The translations under genes and the position numbers were made by a program. 55,987 nt of DNA, taken from positions 1-55,987 of IMG/VR virus record IMGVR_UViG_3300023106_000004; one strand, 5' to 3'. The DNA is from a virus. The notes below the pieces were generated by a model. That model did not search any database. It saw only the letters and a list, made by a program, of their open reading frames with translations, and was not told the origin of the DNA. Below, in pieces: positions 1 through 9,116 of this stretch. Positions within the stretch are counted from its first letter, which is position 1, and each line of letters opens with the position of its first letter.

Positions 1-127
1 AAGAACTAAGGCGCGCCAAACGTTACAATATCAAATACCGCTAAAGCCTGCAACTGATGCTGACGTATTCAATACGGGTTACGGCGCTTTGCGTAAAAAA
101 TGGGCCATTCCGTTATGGATTGAGGCT
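1..127. repeat. 127-bp exact copy of 55861..55987 (assembly overlap of a circular/terminally redundant genome)
   Basis: Base-by-base identity of the first 127 nt with the last 127 nt of the window. Confidence 0.95.
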
Positions 128-1027
128 CAACCTGTGGGCACTGTTGCAAACGGCGCGACTTTAATTAATTGCATAACTAACGTTTATGATTTTAGAAATG
201 ATTCGTTAGCTTTTCTATTCGACATTACGGGTAAATATCAAGTATTAGAAATCAGTACGTTTGATTCAACTAAAATCAATTTGTCTAGCCCGATTGTCGG
301 ATTGTTTAGAAGTGCATATTTAATGCCATGCAGAATTGGCCGGGTATCCGGTTCAATGGCTAAACAATTTTCTGGTTATTCGGGTAATGTTAAAGTGCAG
401 TTTTTTGTAGAAGATACTTTAGCTATTACAGGTGCTGAACCTACACAGTATCTCAGTAATGATATTTATTTTGAAGCTGGATTATTTGAAAACGGTTCTA
501 CTGAAACTGAAATTGAACAACGTAATGACATTATAGATTTTAATTTAGGCGTTAGCGAAAGTCGCACACCTTGGTTACATGCTAAACATGGTAGACAGCA
601 TAATAGCCAAATGCGTAACGCACAAGAAATTAGAACCTACAAAGAGTTCTTATATCGTCGTGCGGGTAAATCTAAAGTTTTTTGGATGCCTACATTTTTA
701 AACGATCTACGTTTACAAAATACCGGAAACATTGTTTCAACTATCGTTACTTATCGTGATTCGTATTTAGAGTATACGCAAAATCGTGTTCATATTGCTA
801 TTGAAGCTGGCGGGGTTTGGTATCCTAGAATTATTTCCGCACCTACGCCGACTAGTGCGGATACAATGCAATTCACTATCGATAGCCCTTTGAACGTTGA
901 CGCTTCTACAGTTACACGTATAAGCTATTTAGGTTTATATCGCTTAGATTCAGATTCAATTGATTTAAATTATGGAAGTAGTTTATTGACTGAAGCATCA
1001 GTTAGAATTAAAGAATTATTGCCATGA
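2..1027 (+). CDS. minor tail protein, 3' part of the gene that starts at 55724 and crosses the assembly junction (387 aa in total); position of lambda gpM/L or GTA g12
   Basis: Frame of 55724..55987 continues without a stop into the frame of track ORF 89..1027 (55860 is divisible by 3). The gene lies directly downstream of the tape measure. The track start at 89 is a TTG artefact. Confidence 0.6.
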   Translation, partial: RTKARQTLQYQIPLKPATDADVFNTGYGALRKKWAIPLWIEAQPVGTVANGATLINCITNVYDFRNDSLAFLFDITGKYQVLEISTFDSTKINLSSPIVGLFRSAYLMPCRIGRVSGSMAKQFSGYSGNVKVQFFVEDTLAITGAEPTQYLSNDIYFEAGLFENGSTETEIEQRNDIIDFNLGVSESRTPWLHAKHGRQHNSQMRNAQEIRTYKEFLYRRAGKSKVFWMPTFLNDLRLQNTGNIVSTIVTYRDSYLEYTQNRVHIAIEAGGVWYPRIISAPTPTSADTMQFTIDSPLNVDASTVTRISYLGLYRLDSDSIDLNYGSSLLTEASVRIKELLP

Positions 1028-1800
1028 TTATTAAAGAACTGTATTTATTTTCTGATGGCGTAAGCACTTATTATTTTACTAGTTCAGATACTGAAGAAGT
1101 TTATTTAGGTAATACTTATATTCCGATTGCTTTAGGTAGAACAAAAAACCAAGTAAAAAACGAACTATCTAAAGCAAATATTGAAGTTAGTTTTAGTATT
1201 GATAATGAATTTGCACGCGGATATTTAAAATTGGTAGAAGCTATTTTAACGCTTACTGTATTCTCTAAAGTTGACGCTGAAACACCTTTAGTAGAATTTA
1301 AAGGTAGACTAGTTTCGATCAAGCCTGAAGAAACTAAATTAAAGCTTGTATTTGAAACTGTTTTTACGTCATTGCGTAGGCCGGGTTTACGGCGTGCGTA
1401 TCAACGCAATTGCCCACATGTGTTATATGGACGCGGTTGCAATCTAGACAAAGATGATTTTGCTGTTGACGCTGTAGCAACGGCTGTAACTACTACAGGA
1501 ATTGTAGTTCCTATTGCCGCATCGGAACCAGACGGCGTTTATAGTGGTGGCATGGTCCTAGCGCCGGGCGGATTTTTGCGCTTCATTACCGCACATGTGG
1601 GCAGTAATCTAACCCTTATTCGCCCTATACAATCGCTTACCGATACGATTTTAGATGAAGGCTCGGAAGAAATAACTATATACCCCGGCTGCGATAGAAC
1701 TAGGGATGTTTGCGTAAATCGATTTGATAACTTAGAAAATAACGGTTCTACGCCATTCATTCCAATTAGAAATATTTTTAACGGTTCGTCATTTACGTAA
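1024..1800 (+). CDS. tail tip/hub protein, DUF2163 / BR0599-like
   Basis: ATGA overlap with the upstream gene. C-terminal YPGCDRTRDVCVNRFDNLENNGSTPFIP resembles the C..t...C..F.N..nFgG.P.iP signature of the BR0599 / GTA g13 family. Synteny after the tape measure supports the call. Confidence 0.6.
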   Translation: MIIKELYLFSDGVSTYYFTSSDTEEVYLGNTYIPIALGRTKNQVKNELSKANIEVSFSIDNEFARGYLKLVEAILTLTVFSKVDAETPLVEFKGRLVSIKPEETKLKLVFETVFTSLRRPGLRRAYQRNCPHVLYGRGCNLDKDDFAVDAVATAVTTTGIVVPIAASEPDGVYSGGMVLAPGGFLRFITAHVGSNLTLIRPIQSLTDTILDEGSEEITIYPGCDRTRDVCVNRFDNLENNGSTPFIPIRNIFNGSSFT

Positions 1801-1804
1801 TATT

Positions 1805-2020
1805 ATGTGGTGGTATGTAGCAACATTTATTGTATCGTTAGTCTTAGCGGCTTCGATGCGCCCGAAGTCACAAAGTCAACCTGCGTCCGGTTTAAACGAT
1901 GTTCAAGCGCCTACGGCTGATGAAGGCTTACCTGTACCTGTATTATTCGGTACTAGGGTTATAGAAGGCCCTAATTGCGTTTGGTATGGCGATTTACGCA
2001 GCGAACCGATTAAAAAATAA
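1805..2020 (+). CDS. lambda gpI C-terminal-domain-like tail assembly protein (71 aa, N-terminal hydrophobic helix)
   Basis: Hydrophobic N-terminus followed by GLPVPVLFGTRVIEGPNCVW, like lambda gpI ...GNVLPVLYGEMRVGSRVV. Lies just upstream of the J-like gene. Confidence 0.5.
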   Translation: MWWYVATFIVSLVLAASMRPKSQSQPASGLNDVQAPTADEGLPVPVLFGTRVIEGPNCVWYGDLRSEPIKK

Positions 2021-2214
2021 TGTCTGATTTAATTATTAAAATGCGGCATGTCCGCGCCGCTAAAATGTGTGGCCCTGGCATTAGGCCATTCTTTACTAAA
2101 TATAAATTAGATTTAAATGATTTTCTTAAGAATGGCATTAGCGAACAGAAATTGTTAGCTACAAACGATGCTATCGTTTTAGAAGTAATTAAGGCTGCTA
2201 AGAATGACAAGTAA
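2020..2214 (+). CDS. hypothetical protein (64 aa) inserted between the gpI-like and J-like genes
   Basis: ORF with TAATG start overlap and an 11-nt overlap with the next gene; no recognisable motif. Confidence 0.5.
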   Translation: MSDLIIKMRHVRAAKMCGPGIRPFFTKYKLDLNDFLKNGISEQKLLATNDAIVLEVIKAAKNDK

Positions 2215-5200
2215 GAAAAAACAAACAGTAGGCTATCGCTACTTTTTGGGACTACATTTTATCGGTTGTCATGGTCCTATTGATAGCGCATTTGAATTTA
2301 TTGCTGACGATAAAATTGCATGGTCTGGTGTAAGCACCGGTGGACCTATTGACGTTGACGCTAAGAACCTTTTTGGTGGTGAAGATAAAGAAGGTGGTGT
2401 TTCCGGCCGTATTGATTTTGAACAAGGTTTGCCGACACAAGGACAAAACGATTATTTAGTTTCTAAGTTATCGCCTAGTTTAGTACCATATTTTAGAGGC
2501 TTGGCCGGTTTTGTTTTCCGTCAAACTTATATCGGTACACAAACATATATCAAGAAGTTCGCTTTTCGTTTATCGCGTATTCATGTACGTGAAAATGGTA
2601 TTGAACAATGGTATGATGAAAAAGCCGAAATTAGTGCATCGCCGCAAACTATAGAAGAAATTAATGCTCAATTAGACGAAGATTTAGGAACTATATCCGA
2701 AGGGTGGCGATATAAACAGGCTATTTTTTCAGATAACGCGGATTATTCAGACCCCGAATACGATGATTCCAGCTGGCCTATTGGTCAAATGCCGTTCGGC
2801 AATGAAAATCATTCTGCAAATTTAGATATTTACGGCTTTCCGACAAATCCTAATACATTTTGGGATGTTGATTCTAAAATTTGGATTAGAAAAACATTTG
2901 AATTAAGCGAAGTAGCTGACATTCTAATTAAAACTTTCCATGACAATTTTGCAACTTATTGGATTAATGGTACTTTAGTTCAAGCGCCATCGGGTGAATA
3001 TGATGAAGAAGGGTATCAAGAATTTATTATACCTAGAGAAGTATTAAGTTTAGGTACTAATCAAATTACAATATTGGCTGCTGATAGGGCTGATGTAGTG
3101 CCAGTTTTAGATCGTTCATATATTGCTACAAGAGCAACTATGGAGGATAGGGGGTATCAAAAGGATATGAACCCTGCCCACATTATTCGGGAGTGTTTAA
3201 CTAATCCTGATTGGGGTATGGGCTATACAGACGCTGATATTGACGATACAGCATTTACTAAAGCTGCTGATACATTATATGCCGAAAAAATGGGCATATC
3301 GCTATTGTGGAATCAGCAAACAGAAATTGAAGATTTTATTAAGTTAATCATTCGTCATATTGATGCTGTATTGTTTGTTGATAGACATACGGGTAAATTC
3401 AATTTAAAGCTTGTTCGTGCTGATTATATTGTCGATGATTTAATTATTTTAAACGAATCTAATATTGAAAAGTTAGACGATTTTACGCGCCCACAATTTG
3501 GCGAATTAACTAATCAAGTAACTGTTAAATATTGGGACGCTGTTAATAATATTGATGCAACAACCAGTATTCAAGATATTGCATTAGCGCAAATGCAAGG
3601 TGTTACGATTAGCGTAACTAATGAATACCCCGGTTTTACTAATGGCAATATTGCCGCTAGAGTCGCACAGCGCGACATGAAAACGCTTAGTTCAGCTATT
3701 GCTAGTTGTACGCTTTATTGTAATCGCGATGCATCGGTATTGAATATTGGAGATACTTTTAAATTATCGTGGACTGATTTTAATTTAAATGAGCTAGTAA
3801 TGCGGATTAGCGGTATTGATTATGGTGATGGAAAAAGCAATCAAGTTCGTATCCAATGCACAGAAGATATTTACGGACTGCCTGCTACGGCTCTAATAAA
3901 TAAAGAGCCTATTGAATGGGAAGACCCAAATTCTAGGCCAATGCCCGCTACAAATAGGCTTGTGTATGAGGTTCCTTATTTAGAAGCCATACAGCAATAT
4001 AGCCAAGCCGAAATCGATGCATTATTAACTGTTGATCCTAATATCGGATACGCAGGTGCTACTGCTGGAAAGCCTAAATCTAGCTATTTAAATGCAAATA
4101 TGTATGTGGATTCTGGCGCTGGTTATCAGAATGAAGCTACTGTTGATTTTTGCCCTATTGCTAAGTTACTTGCTGATATTGATAAAATGGCAACGGCTTT
4201 TGATATTGACAGTGTTGTAGATATTGCAAATGCTGTTGATGGGTCATGGTTTCAAATTGACAATGAAATCATGGTTAAGGTTAGCTATGTTGCGCCAACA
4301 TTGACAGTTAAGCGGGGTGCGCTCGATACGGTGCCCGAAATTCATAGTGCAAATGCAACATTGTATTTTTGGGATAATTACGCAAGTAATGACGATAATC
4401 AATATTTAGCTGGTGAATCGTTAAATATTAAGTTGGCAACTGTTACCGGACTTGGTGAATTGGCATTAGTAGCCGCACCTACTGACACACTAGATATTGT
4501 GGGCAGAATGGCTAGACCTTATCCGCCTGGAAACTTTAAAATTAACGATGAATATTTTCCACCTAGTGGTGGAAGTTCGTTAAATATTTCATGGGCACAT
4601 AGAAGCCGAAAATTGCAAACAGGCGGTATATATTTAGGCTTTACTGATGGTTCGATTGGTCCTGAAACTGGCACTACATATAACGTAAAAATTTACGATA
4701 ATACCGACGAAACTTTACTTTATCAAAACTTAGGTTTAGTTGGCGATTCAGTTTTTCCAATAGTTATTTCTACTAACGAAATTAGAATTGAATTGGAAAG
4801 CCAAAGGGATTCTTTAAATAGTTATCAAAAACAAGTTCATATTTTAGATTTAGGTACATCAGGCGTAGGATACAACTCTAGAGGTTTAGAGGTTGGCGGT
4901 GGTGCTGCTAGATGGGCTGTAGAAGTTGGCGGGTTTATTTATGCCATTAAGGATGCAGGTTTATTAAAACAAAATTTAACTACATTAGTAACTGTAGCGT
5001 CTGATGCTATTAGCAATAACTTAATGGGGATGGTTACGGACGGGACTAACCTATTTACCGTAGATATTGGTAACCCTGGCGGAAGTATCCCCGGAAAGTT
5101 AAGAAAATACGCACCTGATTTGTTAACACATACTGATGTGAATTTTCCAATGTTAGGCGATGGGTTCGGCGTGACATTTGTAGCTGGTTCCGTTTGGGTT

Positions 5201-5809
5201 TCTTTGCCTTACAGCGGTAAAGTGCGCAGATATAATCCCTCTACGTTAGCTACAGTTGCAGATATTACAGTTAGCTTAGAAGTCAACAGATTAACAAATG
5301 ACGGCACATATGTTTATGCAGTTGATCGTATTTCAGCAAAAGCTTATAAAATCGACCCTGCTACAAATACGATAGTTTTAACAATTACTCTATCTGAACC
5401 GCCTTTAGGCGACGTTGAAATAGCTGTTTCTAATAACTTGTTATTCATAACTGGTAGAACAAAAGTTATGGCGTATGACGTTACAACAGGCGTAGAAAAT
5501 ACAAGCATTCCAACATTTTCGGCAAATGTAGTTAACGCTGTTGATAATCTTGTTGCATTTTTAAGTTATAAGAATGTAATAGTTTTAAATACCGACGATT
5601 TTTCTACTGTCGGTTTGTTTACAATTCCTGTGCCAGATTATGCGATTGTTCCACCCCAATTAACTTTATTGGCCGACGAACTTTTAATTATCGATAATGT
5701 TGTGTATGTTGATTACTACAATTACAACGTTGTGTTTGAAAATCGAATTACAGAAGCTGGCGATAGAAGAATTACAGAATCTGGCGATGTTCGCCTAACG
5801 GAAACTTAA
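2204..5809 (+). CDS. host-specificity / central tail fibre protein (lambda J / GTA g15-like) with jelly-roll insert and C-terminal YVTN-type beta-propeller
   Basis: N-terminus GCHGPID resembles J-type SEGPIEG. NPAHIIRECLTNPDWGMGY...DFIKLI resembles the Phage-tail_3 core. aa 165-300 carry W..lPF...W.R..F.l...ylNG, a carbohydrate-binding jelly-roll pattern. aa ~880-1150 hold repeated VYAVD...KIDPATNTIV propeller-like units. The C-terminus has RITEAGDRRITESGDVRLTE repeats. Confidence 0.7.
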   Translation: MTSKKKQTVGYRYFLGLHFIGCHGPIDSAFEFIADDKIAWSGVSTGGPIDVDAKNLFGGEDKEGGVSGRIDFEQGLPTQGQNDYLVSKLSPSLVPYFRGLAGFVFRQTYIGTQTYIKKFAFRLSRIHVRENGIEQWYDEKAEISASPQTIEEINAQLDEDLGTISEGWRYKQAIFSDNADYSDPEYDDSSWPIGQMPFGNENHSANLDIYGFPTNPNTFWDVDSKIWIRKTFELSEVADILIKTFHDNFATYWINGTLVQAPSGEYDEEGYQEFIIPREVLSLGTNQITILAADRADVVPVLDRSYIATRATMEDRGYQKDMNPAHIIRECLTNPDWGMGYTDADIDDTAFTKAADTLYAEKMGISLLWNQQTEIEDFIKLIIRHIDAVLFVDRHTGKFNLKLVRADYIVDDLIILNESNIEKLDDFTRPQFGELTNQVTVKYWDAVNNIDATTSIQDIALAQMQGVTISVTNEYPGFTNGNIAARVAQRDMKTLSSAIASCTLYCNRDASVLNIGDTFKLSWTDFNLNELVMRISGIDYGDGKSNQVRIQCTEDIYGLPATALINKEPIEWEDPNSRPMPATNRLVYEVPYLEAIQQYSQAEIDALLTVDPNIGYAGATAGKPKSSYLNANMYVDSGAGYQNEATVDFCPIAKLLADIDKMATAFDIDSVVDIANAVDGSWFQIDNEIMVKVSYVAPTLTVKRGALDTVPEIHSANATLYFWDNYASNDDNQYLAGESLNIKLATVTGLGELALVAAPTDTLDIVGRMARPYPPGNFKINDEYFPPSGGSSLNISWAHRSRKLQTGGIYLGFTDGSIGPETGTTYNVKIYDNTDETLLYQNLGLVGDSVFPIVISTNEIRIELESQRDSLNSYQKQVHILDLGTSGVGYNSRGLEVGGGAARWAVEVGGFIYAIKDAGLLKQNLTTLVTVASDAISNNLMGMVTDGTNLFTVDIGNPGGSIPGKLRKYAPDLLTHTDVNFPMLGDGFGVTFVAGSVWVSLPYSGKVRRYNPSTLATVADITVSLEVNRLTNDGTYVYAVDRISAKAYKIDPATNTIVLTITLSEPPLGDVEIAVSNNLLFITGRTKVMAYDVTTGVENTSIPTFSANVVNAVDNLVAFLSYKNVIVLNTDDFSTVGLFTIPVPDYAIVPPQLTLLADELLIIDNVVYVDYYNYNVVFENRITEAGDRRITESGDVRLTET

Positions 5810-5818
5810 AGGTTAATT

Positions 5819-6307
5819 ATGGCTGACAAAAAAATTAGTGATTTGACCGCGGCCACAGTTGCCGCTGATGCAGATTTAATTGAAATTTCACAAGCGGCAG
5901 GCGGACCAACTTCTAAAAATCTACCGTTAAGTTTGTTAAATTGGGCTATTGAAAAAGATATTGCCTGTGGCGATGAAGTAACGCCGCTAACCACAGGCAC
6001 TAAGGTTACCTTTAGATGGAAGTCTAAGGACATTACTCAAGGTTTAAAAATCACAGCGTCACTTACCACAGCGCAGGCATCAGGTGCAACGTTAGTAACT
6101 ATTGATGTAAAGAAAAACGGCACTTCAGTTTTTAGTACTAAGCCGACTTTTGATAACACGGAAAAAATTACAGATACGGCTGCAACTGCCGCAGTATTGA
6201 CGGCTACAGGTATTGCGTATAACGATGAAGTTACTTGTATTGTCGATGCGTTACAATCTGGCTCTGTAGCTGCTGGACTGAAAATCTACATTGAAGGCAA
6301 ACCGTAA
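5819..6307 (+). CDS. putative tail fibre / virion-associated protein
   Basis: N-terminal KISDLTAATVAADADLIEISQ module typical of fibre/spike anchors; position after the J-like gene. Confidence 0.45.
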   Translation: MADKKISDLTAATVAADADLIEISQAAGGPTSKNLPLSLLNWAIEKDIACGDEVTPLTTGTKVTFRWKSKDITQGLKITASLTTAQASGATLVTIDVKKNGTSVFSTKPTFDNTEKITDTAATAAVLTATGIAYNDEVTCIVDALQSGSVAAGLKIYIEGKP

Positions 6308-7023
6308 TGTTATTAAATCCTTACCGATTTGGGCCGGGCATTGATGTGGATTTTGCAAAAGTTAAATTACTTTTGCATATGGAAGGTGCAAATAATGCCA
6401 CCAGTTCTACTGACAGTAGTAGTTCGCCAAAAACATTAACGTTTAATGGTAATGCAAAATTAAGCACTGCTCAAAAGCCATTTGGTGCCAGTTCTCTTTA
6501 TATAGATGGCGGTGCAACTAGCTACGTTACTATTGCCGACACTGCTGATTTAGAAATGGGTTCCGGTGACTATACGTTATCACTGTGGGCATACTTCATA
6601 GATGGTTCGCCGGGTGGCGTATTTATGAAAGGTGTTTACACTGGCGGGCCATGGTCCGAAGGTTTTGGAATGCGGTTTCTCGGTAGCTACATGAGGTTTT
6701 ATTACAATACAACTAATAGTAATGCAGGTGAAAAATATAATGATACTGACACAATTTCATTTACTACAGGAACTTGGAACCATTTTGAAATGTGTGTATC
6801 TGGTGGAATAGGATACTGTTTCGTTAACGGTACTTTAATAAGTTTCTTGACCGGGGTTGGTGCTATTACTGACTCTACAGCACCTGTAATAATAGGTAGA
6901 TTCCCGTTTAGTTCCGTAGATCAAGTTATGAATGGATATTTAAAAGATATTAGGTTGATCAAAGGTCAGGCGTTACATACTACTAGTTTTACGCCGCCTA
7001 CTGGACCTTACCCGGACTCTTAA
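6307..7023 (+). CDS. LamG / concanavalin-A-like lectin domain protein (tail accessory)
   Basis: LLLHMEG...FNGNAKLS...GSGDYTLSLWAYF...GYLKDIRLIKGQAL matches the Laminin_G_3 pattern; TAATG coupling to the upstream gene. Confidence 0.65.
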   Translation: MLLNPYRFGPGIDVDFAKVKLLLHMEGANNATSSTDSSSSPKTLTFNGNAKLSTAQKPFGASSLYIDGGATSYVTIADTADLEMGSGDYTLSLWAYFIDGSPGGVFMKGVYTGGPWSEGFGMRFLGSYMRFYYNTTNSNAGEKYNDTDTISFTTGTWNHFEMCVSGGIGYCFVNGTLISFLTGVGAITDSTAPVIIGRFPFSSVDQVMNGYLKDIRLIKGQALHTTSFTPPTGPYPDS

Positions 7024-9116
7024 TCAAATAGATTAGCCGTAACTGGTTTCTTATGAAAGCCTATATCAAATAACATTGATTGGGCTTTTTCTACGTAATA
7101 ACTATAGTTAATATCATCCGGGAACGTATCGGGCATATCCATAATAGGTTTAGCGCCATCGCTATCCCCTACTTTGTTCCCATTTGACACGTAGTTGATT
7201 TGCCCACAGGTGTCTAGAGCGTAATACCAGCGAACCTCTTTACCCAGGTACACCCCGTCTTTATGGCCCCCGCCAGCGACCGATTTGACGGCTACAAATC
7301 GATTTATGTTCGTGCAGCTTCTAATCGATTCTTCAATCGGTTTTTTGCTTATCAAAAAGTCTTTAACGGCTTCAATACAAACGGTAGTAACCGGGTTTTT
7401 GTGGAATCGGAAAATGGCTAATTCGGGATCATCCCACGGATTTTTATATGCGCCGATAGCTTTAGCTTTAACAATACCGTCTTTATCTGGTGTTTTAATA
7501 GCTATGTAGTTATTAACGTCCTTGCTGTAAACGGCTGAATACTTGGTGTTTTCAGTTTTGAATCCTGTATGTTCTTCCCATGCCTTAATAATCTCTGCTT
7601 TACGCGCCTTCAAGATTTTAGGATATTTAGTGACAATACCGTCAGTGTTTGCTGAAATAACGGGAATGTTATTCAATTCAAACATTTCAATAAGCATAAG
7701 CAATAATAACTGCCCGCTTAAGGTTACTTGAATCATCAAATCAGGCGCATAAATTGCGGACCAAATAGAACCAAGTTTACCAAATGAACCGTTAATAACA
7801 ATCTTCAGAGAATCGCTAATAACTTTCCACATCAAAGCGCCAGCTTTATCGCCTTCTTTTTTGCACTTGGCTGCATTGCGTTTGGCTGTTACGCGCTGTT
7901 CTACAATGCCGTCATAAACTTCTAAAAATGCTTCAGTAAGATGCTTTGGAAATAGCTTCAGAATTAGAATGATTCGCGGATAATATGATTCTACATCATC
8001 GTCGTCAATTTCCGTTTCATCATCGGCATAATGCGCAATAGTCTTTTCGCAACTATGAATACCGCCCATGCCCATTTTATAAAGAGCATTACCAACGGCT
8101 ACTTTTAAAACCCATCGGCCTTTATCTTCTGAATCGTCTTTATCGTCTTTAACCAGTTCGCCCAAACCTTCAGGCCAAAGTGGTGCACCCGAATCAGACG
8201 TTACGAATTTAGCCGCTTTGATATCTTCATAAACTTGCTTGAGATACGGGGTCTGAAACTCAATAAATGGCGGCGGTTTATACTGAAAAGTAGTACCGGG
8301 CGGAATATCAGGCCGTTTTACTTCTTTACCTGTAAGACGTTCAATCTCTTTCTTTAATACAGTTTCCGCAATTTGCGCATCAGATTTAGAGCGTAAATCT
8401 ACACCATACTTTTCAGTAAGGTTATAACGCAACTGCATTTGTTCCGATAATTCATCTAGAATTAATTCCGTAGCGGGAATATCGGAACCTAGACAATAAT
8501 TCTTTACGTCTTGCGATTCTTCAAACGTGAGTTCTTTGTTATGGTCAAACGGCAAATCTTGAATACGCTTACCCATTAACCGCGCTGCATATTTCTTTAG
8601 TGAACCTTGCAACGGGCAAACTTCAATCAAATCAATATGATCGATATTCGGTAACTTTAAATTGAATTCTTTACACGCCTGGAAGGGCGTTAATCCCATA
8701 TGAATATCTTTTTGCGGGATGATTTGATTTGAATACGTTTTCAAGCGTTCGGCATTGTAGCCGCGCAATGAAAGCATCAGCATTAATTCATCATATTTTT
8801 TGCTGTTGAATCCGATTAACTGAAAATTGAATATGATCCAATTCAGCAAATCTAAATTCATGCCGCCAATTGGCGTTATTTCTTCAGCCCAATATTTGCC
8901 GAGTTCCTTGCACTTGAATCCAATAAGAAAGTAATTCTTAAAGCATTCAATATCCCATATCATTTTATAGCCGCGTGCACCGGCATCTATTAATTCATCA
9001 AATGTAAAATAATCGATTGGAATTTGACTACGTTTTACAGCAATTGCATCAACCCTTTGTTTAGGCTTCTTAGATACTGCATTGCCGTTTTCATCAGCGA
9101 AAAACTTAATGGTCAT
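7020..9116 (-). CDS. family-B DNA polymerase with 3'-5' exonuclease domain
   Basis: ExoI WDIECF, ExoII NSKKYDELM, Pol motif A DVESYYPRII (DxxSLYPS-like), motif B KIVINGSFGKLG (KxxxNSxYG-like), motif C SANTDGI (DTDS-like). Confidence 0.85.
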   Translation of the reverse strand: MTIKFFADENGNAVSKKPKQRVDAIAVKRSQIPIDYFTFDELIDAGARGYKMIWDIECFKNYFLIGFKCKELGKYWAEEITPIGGMNLDLLNWIIFNFQLIGFNSKKYDELMLMLSLRGYNAERLKTYSNQIIPQKDIHMGLTPFQACKEFNLKLPNIDHIDLIEVCPLQGSLKKYAARLMGKRIQDLPFDHNKELTFEESQDVKNYCLGSDIPATELILDELSEQMQLRYNLTEKYGVDLRSKSDAQIAETVLKKEIERLTGKEVKRPDIPPGTTFQYKPPPFIEFQTPYLKQVYEDIKAAKFVTSDSGAPLWPEGLGELVKDDKDDSEDKGRWVLKVAVGNALYKMGMGGIHSCEKTIAHYADDETEIDDDDVESYYPRIILILKLFPKHLTEAFLEVYDGIVEQRVTAKRNAAKCKKEGDKAGALMWKVISDSLKIVINGSFGKLGSIWSAIYAPDLMIQVTLSGQLLLLMLIEMFELNNIPVISANTDGIVTKYPKILKARKAEIIKAWEEHTGFKTENTKYSAVYSKDVNNYIAIKTPDKDGIVKAKAIGAYKNPWDDPELAIFRFHKNPVTTVCIEAVKDFLISKKPIEESIRSCTNINRFVAVKSVAGGGHKDGVYLGKEVRWYYALDTCGQINYVSNGNKVGDSDGAKPIMDMPDTFPDDINYSYYVEKAQSMLFDIGFHKKPVTANLFD

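Noticed and set aside
1805-5809. Idea that 1805..2020 and 2204..5809 (same reading frame) are one host-specificity gene split by a mobile 64-aa ORF, an intron or translational bypass
   Set aside because: The intervening 183 nt carry many stops in that frame and are too short for a group I/II intron. The 71-aa product matches the separate gpI C-terminal domain of lambda, and the 1201-aa product starts like gpJ, so two genes is the normal state. Only the extra 64-aa ORF between them is unusual.
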